This document shows positions 50,905 through 62,055 of a stretch of DNA of 64,000 bases, piece by piece (within the stretch, counting starts at the first letter, position 1; every line of letters begins with the position of its first letter). The notes beneath the pieces are model-generated. The model had not been told where the DNA came from and did no database searches. It was given only the letters and a program-made list of their open reading frames with translations. Source of the DNA: Carcharhinus amblyrhynchos (taxonomy: Eukaryota); contig OZ336882.1 in the NCBI GenBank assembly GCA_965287045.1, positions 56,854,001 to 56,918,000 of the forward strand. Direction: 5' to 3'. Both the position numbers and the translations under genes were made by a program.

Positions 50905-52246
50905 TCTTGTGTGGTGCGGAAGTGGCAGGAATCAATCATTAAGGAGGAGATGACTGAACATTTGGAAAGACAAAGCTCAATCCACCATTGACAGCATGGT
51001 TTTATGATGGGAAAGTCATGCCTTGGCAAAATTGCTTGAGCTCTTTGAGGACATAACCAGCAGGGTGGATGATGGAAAAGGGAACCTATGGACGTGGTAC
51101 ATCTGGACTTCCAGAAGGCATTTGACAAGGTGCCATGTAAAAGACTGATCCAGAAGGTGAGATTGCAGGGGACTGGGCATAGAGTACTAGATTGGATTGA
51201 AGATTGGATGATTGACAAAGAAAAGGGTTGGGTGAAATATAACCAGCAGGGTGCTGCAGGGTTCAGTCCTTGGACGTCAACTGTTTACAATCCATATAAA
51301 TAATCTGCAAGCAGGGATACAGTGTAACATAGCAAAATTTGCAGATGTTACTAAAATAGGTGAAGAAGCAGGCAGTGAGAATATTACAAAAAGACTAATA
51401 GATAAAACTTGGCCGATGGAGTTTAATGTAGATAAATGTGAGGTTATCCAATTTGGCAGAAAAAACAGAAAGGCAAATTATTATCTAAATAGAAAGCAGA
51501 TTCAAAATGCATCCAGACAGAGGGATCTGAATGTCTGTGTTCATGAATCGCAGAAAGTCAGTATGCAGGTGCAGCACATAATAAAAAAGGCAAATGGGAT
51601 GTTGGCATTTATTGCAAAAGGACTGGAGCATAAAAGTAGAGAAGTGTTGTTGCAATTGTACAGGGTGTTGTTGAGACCACATCTAGAGTATCGTGTCCCA
51701 TTTTGGTCTCCTTATTTAAGGAAGGATGTGATGGCATTGGAGGCAGTGCAGAGCAGGTTCACCAGATTGATTCCAGGGATGAAGGGGTTGATGTATGAGG
51801 AGAGATTAAACATTTTGACTTGTATTTGCTGGCGTTTAGAAGGATGAGAGGGGATCTGATCGAGATATATAACATTTTAAAAGGGATTGATAAAGTGAAT
51901 GCAGACCAAATGTTTCCTCTTGTGGGGAAATCTAGAACAAGAGGTCACAGGTTAGAGGTTGAGAGGTGGTAGATTTAAATCTGAAATGAAGAGGAACTTC
52001 TTCTCGCAGAGGGTGATAAATTTGTGGAACTTGTTGCCCCATAGTGCGATGGACTCTGAATAGTTAAATGGTTTCAAGAAGGAGATATATATATATTTCT
52101 AATTTTAAAAAGGGATAAAGGGATATGGGGAACAGGTAGGAAGGTGGATTTCAGACCAGGGAGATATCAGCCATGATCTGATTGCATGGTGGAACAGGCT
52201 TGAAAGGCTGAATTTGCCTTCTTCTGCTTCTAATTCCTGTGTTCCT
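50905..52246 (+). mobile_element. CR1 LINE, 5'-truncated, degenerate RT domain
   Basis: DVVHLDFQKAFDKVP, QGSVLG..LFTIHIN, FADV (catalytic DD lost), FNVDKCEV, RPHLEY; frameshifted; 3' tail TTCCTGTGTTCCTGTG. Confidence 0.92.
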
Positions 52247-52309
52247 GTGTGCCTCTGATGCCATGTGTATGCAACATGCATACCATTATCACTAAGGCAA
52301 CTCTCCTTT

Positions 52310-52647
52310 TTAGAATTCCTACAGTACAGAAAGAGGCCATTCAGCCCATCGAGTCTGCACCAACTAAGCATCTTACCCAGGTCCATCCCCGTCCTATTCT
52401 TGTAACCTCAAATATTTACCCTGCTGATCCCTCTAATCTACACATCTTTTGACACTACGGGGTAATTTAGCATGGCCAATCCACTAAACTTGCACATCTT
52501 TGGACTGTGGGAGGAAACCGGAACATGTGGTGGAAACCCACACAGACAGGGGGAGAATGTGCAAACTCCACACAGACAGTTACCCAAGGCCAGAATTGAA
52601 CCTGGGTCCTGGAGCTGTGAGGCCGCAGTGCTAACCATCATGCCAGC
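52310..52647 (-). mobile_element. V-SINE (HE1-like)
   Basis: Full head, core and tail. Confidence 0.85.
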
Positions 52648-53695
52648 TTCATCTAAGGATTGGACTTTCAGCATCAAATGTGGAATGGAATGGAAAATGG
52701 AGTAGAAGATTGCATTGATGGACTTAAATAAGGAAGGGTGAGAGGAGAATCAAGTGAAGCATAAACAATAATATGAACTGATTGGGTTGTGTGGCTTTTT
52801 CAGTGGTATCTATGCTATGTGATATAACGTAACTGACAATGTGAGCATTAGTTTGAAGTAAGTCACCACTGAACATGTAAGACGCTCAATTAAGGAAAGT
52901 ATGAACAATTATGCGTGGCAATAGAGATGGAATAAGAAAGGGATAAAAGTCTGCATCACAATACAAATAGCTTTTTTAATCTGAAATAATTAACTCTGAA
53001 GTAAAATGGAATATATCTACAGTCTTGACATTGACTACAGCCATTTCATTAATAAATTACTATAATGTAAACAATGATTTGAAAACATGAAACAATGCAA
53101 AGAATCCAAATTTTAACATCAAGTATTTCAGATTTCAGCTAGACTTTAAAATAATTTGTGTTTCACAATATTATGGTGATTATGTGCCACTTGAAACATG
53201 TGTTTTAGGCAGTCAACACATTGCAGCATACAATTCATTCACCAAGACTTTAATTATACCTTTCTGTTAAAGTTAATATCATGGAAATATATTTTACACT
53301 ACCTTACACATTTACACTACTCCAACACTGCATTTTTAATATTTAAAACTAAACATTCTTTATATTTTTTTCTGAATTAACTGTGGGATTTTTCAGACAC
53401 TAATTTCCAATGCAAATGAAGAATGAAATAAATCCCAAATCAGCGATTAAAAATTAAATTTGAATGTTCCTTATTTTTAACTGGATTGAGTGTATTGATC
53501 AGAAGTGCATTCCATATTGAGATAAACTAAAGGTATTCCCACACCAATGCCCAATACTAGACTGTCCCATACAAATGTATCCAGAATATATGCTATGCAA
53601 TTGCACCCCACATGTATCCCACGCAAATGACAATGGCTGTGAATTTAATATCCATCAGATTGGATTAATTTGTGTTTTTGTAGTGGTGATAACAT

Positions 53696-54545
53696 GGGCA
53701 GTTCTCCCAAAAAAAAAACAAAGTGCCCAACAGGTGGGATTTTCCAACCTGCTTTTTTTTGGCATACTTAGTTTCATGAATCTTTGGCACTCTGCGCTTC
53801 ACAGAATAATTGGGGAGGGTGGAGGGTAGAGGCCTGAATCAGCATATTGAGCGGGCCACTGTGCATGTGCCAATCTGTCAGTAGATGCACTGGCCACCCA
53901 CCCCATTGCTGATCTTCTAATCACCAACATTCTGATTGCATCCCAGGCTAATAGCTGGCCTCCTGACCACCTTCCCAATCCTGATCACCGGCCTCCCAGA
54001 TACTCCCCCCACCCCACTACCCCGCATCCACCTCCCTGCAGCCCCCCCTCCCCACCCACCCAACCCCACTGCCCCGGGCCAATTCCAATCGCCAGCCCCC
54101 TTTGGCCAACCCCAACCCCTGCCCCCCCCATGTGCTGTCCTGACCCCCCCCCCCCTCCCAATATGCAGTCACAGATCTAGCCCCACCCCCATATGTAGCC
54201 CAGATCTCCCCCCGCCATGAGCAGCCCCAATCTCCTCCCCCGCCCAAAGTGCAATCCCGATCACCCTCCTTCCTCTGTCTCCCAAAGATCCCACTGCACA
54301 GTGCACAGTGGATCCCCCCCACCATCACCAATTGGCCCTGCCCCCTCTGACCCTACCCTCTTGGCACTGCCCAGTGCAGTGGCAGAATGCCAGGTCAGCA
54401 GTGCCAAGCAGGCACTGCCCAAGGGGCACATCCCCCTGCCCCGACTTCCGGGGGGGGGGGGTGCTCAGTGGCCTCTGTTCCCACCAGCGGGGTGATCAGT
54501 GGGGTGGGGGGGAACACAAGCAAAGTCCCCACCGTCCGGGGCTCA
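53696..54545. mobile_element. Probable truncated Harbinger-related element with a C-rich interior
   Basis: Starts GGGCAGTTCTCCCAAAA, like the 56609 end; shares an AATCAGCA...GCATGTGC segment and the C-rich low-complexity interior. Confidence 0.45.
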
Positions 54546-55391
54546 CTAATAATAATGAAATGGAGATTTCACAAAATTCACAAAGCCATCCTGTGCACAC
54601 AATTCAACTTATGCAGAGATAATTTGCACACACAAACCTGCAAATACTGGCAGACATATAAATTAATTTGTACATAAGTGCACAAGCATATAAGCAAACA
54701 GCTACACACTAACACACTCAACACAAAGATACATATTAAGATATATTATCTTCTTCAGCTTTCTCCCTCCCTCTGCTGAATGCATACGATGCAATGGTCA
54801 TTGTTACCATCCATTTCACTTTTATTTCACTCCCGAAGCCAAGACCAATCCTGTTCTCACCCAACAGTCACAATGTATGCTGCTGGAACATACAAAAGTG
54901 TAGAACTTGGGTAAACATTAGGACAAATTCTACTGTGGTAACCCAGTGATAAAAACATTGAACTATTGAAGTTCACACGCAAAATGATGACCACTTACAC
55001 AGATTACTCAGAATAGCTGGCACCATAGAATCAAACCCAAGCTTGAGTTGGTGTTCTGAGGGAAACAAGGAAAGAAATTAGTAGGGGAAGGAGAATAAAT
55101 TTTTAAAAATTATCAAAATAAATCTGACATCATGGTCAGAATTTCACACTCCCCTGCAGCAGGATTTTAAGTGGGGTTGGGGAGGGAGGACAGCATGAAA
55201 TTGAAGGGATGGGATTCCCTCCATGTTCCTGTCTATCCCAACCCTGCAGTGACTTTACTCTGGGGTGGGTGAAATCTCAGATAGGAAGCCCACCCATGGT
55301 CCAATTGAGTGGCCAAATATTGCCACTTTCCTGCCCAGCCTCAATTTTTCTGCAGGAAGATTTACCTGGCATGGGGGAAGTCCAAAAGTAA

Positions 55392-55661
55392 AATTTATTT
55401 ATTATTCACAAGTAAGACTTACATTAACACTTCAATAAAGTTACAGTGAAACTCCTGTAGTCGCCACACTCTGGCACCTGTTCAGGCCAACGAACCTAAC
55501 CAGCACAACGTTCAAGCTGTAGGAGGAAACCGGAGCACCTGGAGGAAACCCACACAGACACGAGGAGAATGTGCAAACTCCACACAGACAGTGACTCAAG
55601 CCAGAAATTGAACCCAGTTTCCTGGTTCTGTGAAGCAGCAGTGCTAACTGTGCTACTATGC
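55392..55661 (-). mobile_element. V-SINE, alternative-tail subfamily
   Basis: Tail matches that of 45058-45369 (TTACATTAACAC...AAGTTAC.GTGAAA). Confidence 0.8.
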
Positions 55662-55965
55662 CAACTCAAAAAGCAATGGCTATTGACTTTGGTCAGGATG
55701 GGGGTGTGGTGCCTCCATCAGAGGCTCCTTTCTGACTGTGGGAAGTCCTATTTAATGTCCAGTGGACTTTTCCCACCCTGGCCTTACCCCAGTCACCTCT
55801 TTTACTCCTCCCCCAGGCCTTCCCCACTGTCCCCACACCATGATCCCTTAAACTTACATTGTCCTTCAGCTTCAGGGCTTAGGCTCAGGCATGTTGTTCC
55901 ACTTCCTTTTCTGTCCACTGAAGCTATTGTCACTGCGGGGACTGAATTATCATGACAGTTCTATA

Positions 55966-56285
55966 AGAATCATAGAATCTCCACCATACAGAAGGAGGCC
56001 ATTCGGTCCTTCGAGCCTGCACCAACAACAATCCCACACAGTACCTACCCCTGTAACCCCACATACTTACCCTGCCCATCACCCTGACACTGAGGGGCAA
56101 TTTAGCATGGCCAAGCAATGTAACCTGCGCATCTTTGGACTGTGGGAGGAAACCAGAGCACTCAGAGGAAACGCACACAGAGATGGAGAGAATGTGCAGA
56201 CTCCACACAGTCACCCGAGGCCAGAATGAACCCGGGCCCCTGGCGTTGTGAAGCAACAATGCTAACCATTATGCCACCATGCTAC
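55966..56285 (-). mobile_element. V-SINE (HE1-like)
   Basis: Full head, core and tail. Confidence 0.85.
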
Positions 56286-56869
56286 CCTTTCTCTATGAAA
56301 AAGATGGGACTTCCTCCCAAGAAAAATGTGTAAATCCTGTCGGCAGCCACTTAAATGCTCATTTGAGTGTGAAATGACTACGGGGCAGTCAAAGTTTCTA
56401 AGTGGGCAGTGAAATGCTGCCGTGCGAAAAATTTAGATCATAATTTAAATGCAACAGTACACTGTTAGACAATGACACTGATAAGTGAAACAAGTAAGAA
56501 ATGGTGTCCTGGGCCCCATGCATAGCACCTGTTGTTATAAGGACTGGTTGTGACCAAGCCGTGTACTGAGTTTTCATTGACTCTAAACCCCGCTCATCTA
56601 GAAACTATGAGGACGATTCTCCCAAAATTGGTGAGAAAACTGTTCTAGGTCATGACTGTTTTCTCAGTGCCAAATCTCCCCACCAATGCAGCGGTTGAAT
56701 TCATGAATATCATTAAAAAACCCAGGGCGGGGAAGGGGCCTATTCACACCAAAGAGGCTGAAATCAGCAGGATAAGCAGGAACGCATGCATGTGCATGTC
56801 ACTGGGAGATTTCTGAAAAGACCTCCCAGCACTGCCCATCTAACCCCTACAGACATCTCTAGAATCATC

Positions 56870-57215
56870 TCAGGCCCCCACAAGCGCCCCCCCCCCACCC
56901 CCCCAGATATAGCTGGCTCATTGCTTACCCCCACAACCCCCTCACAGAGACATCATTGGCCTCATTGCTTACTCCCACAACCCCTCACAGAGACATCATT
57001 GGCCTCATTGCTGGCCCCCACAACCCCTCACAAAGACATCGCTGACTCATTGCTGACCCCCACAACTCCCCCACAGATCACGTTGGCTCTCTCACAACTC
57101 CCTCACAGACATTGCTGGCCTCATCGCTGGCCCCCACGACCCCCCAAAGACATCACTGGCCCCCCTCCCCCATACAGGCATCGCTGACCCCCCCCCTCCA
57201 CTCACACACAGACAT
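56870..57215 (+). repeat. ~43-bp degenerate tandem repeat inside the Harbinger element
   Basis: CATCATTGGCCTCATTGCT...CCCACAACCCCTCACAGAGA starts at 56951 and 56994; about 6-7 decayed copies. Confidence 0.8.
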
Positions 57216-57631
57216 GACTGCCCCCATGGTTCGAGATAATGTGGGTACCCGATCCCTCCATCCCTTGAACATACTTCATCTTGTGTTGTGCTGACATGCA
57301 CAACCCCAGCTTGCGATCATTCTCTCTCTTGAATGGGAGCCTTTAATGTTGCAACCCCCCTGGACACAGCAGCTTATTGATTAGGAGCCCTGAATATTGC
57401 GCCCCCCCGCTCTCCCCCCCCCCCCCCAACAACCTGGACACAGCAGCCTATTGAACAGCAGCCAATCAGTTCCCCAAGTGATGCATGACACACAACTGAA
57501 TGCAACCTTCAAACTTTCTCACAAGTGTTTGTTGCCAATGGGCCCTTGACTGGCCACACTCACTGCACCGGCACTCCCATAATAAGTCAGGGCTGTATAT
57601 AAGCTGCAGGAATGGACACACAGCCACAAAG

Positions 57632-58990
57632 ATGTCTGTGTGAAAACCTGCACCCAGATTTTCAGAGGTCGACCAGGAGCTCCTGCTAAATGCTGTGGAG
57701 GAGAGGCATGAACAGATCTTCCCTGGCCAGTGACCTCACCCAAGGGGTGCACCTGCCACAGCATTGTGGGAGAAGGTGGCAGAAGTAGTGAATGCCAGGA
57801 GCCTGACACCGCACTCTGGCGGGCAGTGTCGGAAAAAAATGTACGGCCTTCTTCGAGCAGCAAGGGTGAGTGAGCATCCCACTTGGAACCCCGTACATGC
57901 TTGGCACAGATCTCCAACCCTGCTTAGACACCTGAAGGGCATGCAACAAGTGACACGTCCCCCAGGAACAGAATCTAACCCCTTCCCCTGACCGCACAAT
58001 GAGCACCCTTCAGTGGTGACCGCTTTCCCCGAAACTGCCAGCGCAACATCCGAGACGCAGGTATGCATTGCGCACCATTCACTGCAATATGGTAATGCTT
58101 GCTATCCACCTTATGTTTCCACAGGAAAAGAACATTCACAACGTGCAAGAGACAACACAGATTGGTGGTGGTGTGCCTGACCTGTGCCAGCTGACCAGCA
58201 TGGAGGAGCATGCCATGGAGCTAGCAGGGGGTGATGGGCCTTCTCAATTGGTCACCCAATTGAGCCAAGTCAGCGCCCAGCATGCAAGTGAGCAGAAGCA
58301 CACCCTCAACCTAGATCCTTCTCTAAGTAAGTGCGATGCTGCATGGAATGTTTTGCCTCCTTCCCCTAATGTGTGTTCTTTATTGCTGCTCTGGACCCAG
58401 AGGAACCCGGCCCTTCGGAGTTGCCACCACCCCTGCAGCTCGGAAGCAAACTGCCTACGACCCCTTGGATGACATCTTGGAGGGAGGCACTGAGGAATCC
58501 TCCAAGGGCAGCACCACTATTGTGGCAACGGCATGTACCACACAACCCACCAGAACAGAAACTATCACCACGGTGGGTACCTTCATTGTTGAGGCTTCTG
58601 GGTCACATCCTGGTGAGCACATCATAGACACTGCCGCACATCAGGTAGAGGCACATCTGAGGGCTCGGGCACACAGATGTCTGGCCAGATGACAGGATTC
58701 AGCTGTCTCCAAGCCAGCTGCTGGACCTCTGGGCGTGTTCCTCCCAAGGTTGGTGGAGATGCATCAAAAAACCGAGGAGTTGTGGAAGGACTATCAGCAA
58801 CCATGCTGCAACTGCAAGGCTGTTTAGGGGAGTCAAACAGAGTGCTGTTGCAGGAGGTGGTACTGACACAGCCTGAAATGTAGGCCAACACTGCAAAGGT
58901 GGCGATCGCAGTGGAAAGTCTGGCTCAGGGGTCTGTTCTCATGGTTACCAGGTCCTGGCCATCATGGAGACACAACAGGCCATGGGCGAG
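57632..58990 (+). pseudogene. Harbinger Myb/SANT-like DNA-binding gene remnant
   Basis: MSV*KPAPRFSEVDQELLLNAVEERHEQIFPGQ*...LWEKVAEVVNARS...GGQCRKKMYGLLRAAR; phase-0 intron at 57866-58124 (GTGAGT...TTTCCACAG); then EKNIHNVQETTQIGGGVP. Confidence 0.8.
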
Positions 58991-58994
58991 GGTG

Positions 58995-59610
58995 TTTCTC
59001 GCATCCAGGAGGCACAGCATTTGATCTGTGTCCCATCCACTGCTCCCTGCACATTGGGAATCCCGGCGATGGAGGCGAAGCCGAAAGCCCGGGCCTCCTG
59101 CTGTGCACAGCCCACATCAAAATTTATACAGTGCCCTGCCCAGGCATACAGGGCATCTGTGATCTGCCACATACATCAGTGCACAGAGGCCTGGGAGATC
59201 CCAGGTAGGTCACCACTGGGCACCTGAAATGATCCGCAGGCATAAAATTTCAGGGCATCCATAACCACCACATTAAGAGGAAGCTTAACGAAGGTGTCAT
59301 ACCATGGAGTTGGAAAGGTGCAGCCAGCAACGATACATCTCCTCTGAGAGGGCCTTAAATGAATTGCAGGGCCTCTACCTCCTTGGCCTCAGCACTCTCC
59401 ACCTTCTGTGAACACTCACGTGAGCCTGCTCACCCACCTCCTGGCCCTCAGCAGCAGGCCCCTGCCCTCCTTCCTGAGGGTCTGGTAGTGGCTACTCCTG
59501 CGGTGGTCTCTCCACACCTGCCACCTCCTGAGCCCTTCATTCTCCTTCTCCTCCTCCTCCGCCTCTGCTGCCACCATCATGGCCAGCTCCAGACCAAGTA
59601 AGCCGAGATT
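58995..59610 (-). pseudogene. Harbinger (HARBI1-like) DDE transposase, N-terminal remnant
   Basis: ALKFYACGSFQVPSGDLPGISQASVH*CMWQITDAL...FASIAGIPNVQGAVDGTQI, which includes the first catalytic-Asp motif; truncated immediately afterwards. Confidence 0.85.
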
Positions 59611-60904
59611 CATCTGCACAGTGGGGTTTGGAAAGAGCATAGAGTGATGGAATATTATCATTGGCTGCACAGACCCAGCACCATCCCAATCCCTCACTTG
59701 GGCCAGAAACCCCACATATGAGAGATGGCGACACCACACAATCCATGGTGCCATGTGTGGCCCAATTAGGGTTGACAAATGCAGGCACAGATTATACAGG
59801 TCGGTGTGCAGCCGTGGGCAACGCACATCCTTGAGCCATTGCTATGTGTGCAACTGCAGCATCTGTTACAGGCATGTGTTGCTGGTCTGTGTCACAGGGC
59901 AGGGTCACACTGCAAAGCAGCATCAGATGTGCACCCAGTGACAGCAGATCCCATACAGTCCGCGTCTGAACCTCTGCATCCCGGCCTGGAACAGCAGCTG
60001 CTTCATCTGGTTCGGCCTCAGTCAGCACATGGTGCACTCCTCCCCTACCCCGGAACACCAGTACCCAGTCGAGTCCTTGATTACACCCCGCGGCAAGACA
60101 ATACCACTGCAAAGTGCCCTGGAGGGGAAAGGTAAACAGGACTCCTTGATGGGGCCTCCTACACTGAGCTACAGCGCTGCCATGGAGGGGAAAGGTCAGC
60201 AGGACTCCTTCATAGGGCCTCCTGTACTGAGCATTGTGAAAATAGAAGCCCCCCTTCCCCAGTCCCCCACCGCAGATATCACTGGTCCATGGCCAGCACA
60301 TGTAGACAGCAGGAAGAAACCCACCAGGCAACTCCAGGGCCTGTCTGCATCATGCTCGTGCTCCGCTTGCTGCACTTACCTCCTCACGCCAGTTCAAGGC
60401 TGCCATGCCAGGTTGAGACCTTTATATACCTACTGTGATTCGCGCCAAAGTGACATCACGCCAAAGAGGTGGGAGATGCAGACATGGGTGGAGATTGCTA
60501 TGTCAATCCCGATAATAGCATGCTAAGATATGGAGAGTAATGCAAATCAGCAGACTGCCAGTTTTCTGCCCTTTCCTGCCGGCGCCTTTTTTTTCTGGTT
60601 GGGAGATGTGCACGGGTCATAAACATAAGAAATAAGAAATAAGAAATAGGAGCAGGAGTAGGCCATCTAGCCCTTCGAGCTCGCGGGGAACCCAAAAATG
60701 GCCAGAAAATTTGTGGGTTGCGATGGGAGAATTGCATACCCCCTGTGTCTCACTCCAAGTTCCAAAAAAACACATTTCAAATGCTTTACAGAGATCAAAC
60801 TCAACACCTTCCAGATTATCGAGATTCCAATTTGACCATAAATCACTATCTGGCTATAATCAGCAGAATCTGCTGGGTTCAGTTATTAGATCATTGATCA
60901 AAGG

Positions 60905-61203
60905 TCATAGATCCTGCAGTACAGAAGGAGTCCATTTGGCCCATTGAGTGTGCGCTGACCACAATCCCACCCTGGCCCTATCCCCACAAATCTAGCTAAC
61001 ACTAAGGGGCAATTAAGTATTGCCAGTGCACCTAACCTGCACATCTTTGGACTGTGGGAGGAAACCAGAGCACCTGGAGAAAACCACGCAGACACGGGGA
61101 GAATGTGCAGGCTCTGCACAGATAGTGACCCAAGCCCGGAATCGAACCTGGGTCCCTGGCACTGTGAGGCAGCAGTGCTAATCACTGTGCCACCATGCCG
61201 CCT
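60905..61203 (-). mobile_element. V-SINE (HE1-like), well preserved
   Basis: Minus-strand head GGCGGCATGGTGGCACAGTG with B-box GGTTCGATTCC. Confidence 0.88.
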
Positions 61204-61529
61204 AAAATTGCTAACTTGTCAGCAAAACTGTTTGGGGAGGGGGAGTTCAGCTCACAAAAGTTAAAAAAATGATAGTGGTGATGTGTGGAGCCAGATATCA
61301 GAAATCAATAAAATCTGTTGGAACTGGTAACAATTGTTAGAACTTGGGGGTCTCAGAAGCCAGTAACCTGTAACTACTGCTGGGATCCATCAGTTCCAAG
61401 CAGAACCTTCCAATTTGATCATCGTCTATTAGTGGAATCTTCTTGGTTCAGCAGTTAAACCCCTCAGTATTTCTCCACTCCCTTGTGTGTGATATATATG
61501 CTTGTGTGTGATCAATATGCTTATGAGGG

Positions 61530-62055
61530 CATTACCCTCAAGATGGAAACTTTGGACAGAGTGCAAAGGAGGTTCACCAGTATGTTGCCTAGTCTCGTGG
61601 CTGTTGGCTATGAGGAGAGGTTGAATAAACTAGGATTGTTTTCACTGAAAGGATGGAGGCTGAGGGGAGACCTGATAGGGGTCTACAAAATTATGAGAGG
61701 CATAGACAGGGTGGATAGTCAGAGGCTTTTTCCCAGGGTGGAAGAGTCAATTACAAGGGGGCACAGGTTCAAGGTGAGAGGGGGAAATTTTAAGGGAGAT
61801 GTACAGAGTAAGTTTGTCACGCAGAGTGGTGGGTGCCTGGAACGTGCTGCCAGAGGAGGCAGTGGAAGCAGACACATTAGCAACACTTAAGAATTTAAGC
61901 GGAATCTGGATGGGTGTATAAACTGAGAGGGAATAGAGGGATACAGACCAAGTAAAGGCAGAAGATTTTTTTATTTAGTTTAGTTAGAGTATCATGAGGG
62001 AGGATGAAGGGCCTGTTCCTGTGCTATACTTTTCTTTGTTCTTGTTCTTTGTTCA
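61530..62055 (+). mobile_element. CR1 LINE 3' fragment
   Basis: LDRVQRRFTSMLP...YEERLNKLGLFSL...RLRGDLI...TRGHRFKV; TTCTTTG-type tail. Confidence 0.85.

Larger units (their letters stand above)
56609..60740. mobile_element. Decayed PIF/Harbinger DNA transposon with two convergent genes
   Basis: Inverted ends share ATTCTCCCA (56616-56624 and 60724-60732). Myb/SANT-like gene on +, HARBI1-like transposase on -. Confidence 0.8.

Noticed and set aside
51251-51847. 198-aa RT ORF as an active or domesticated gene
   Set aside because: 5'-truncated and frameshifted CR1 with the catalytic FADD changed to FADV.
53936-54677. Pro-rich and Gly-rich ORFs
   Set aside because: Arise from the C-rich low-complexity interior of a probable transposon remnant.
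58945-59240. Host HARBI1 gene
   Set aside because: In-frame stop, truncation, and location inside a TIR-bounded element with a Myb partner indicate a transposon relic.
60905-61203. tRNA genes
   Set aside because: The A and B boxes belong to SINE heads continuous with V cores; no complete cloverleaf.
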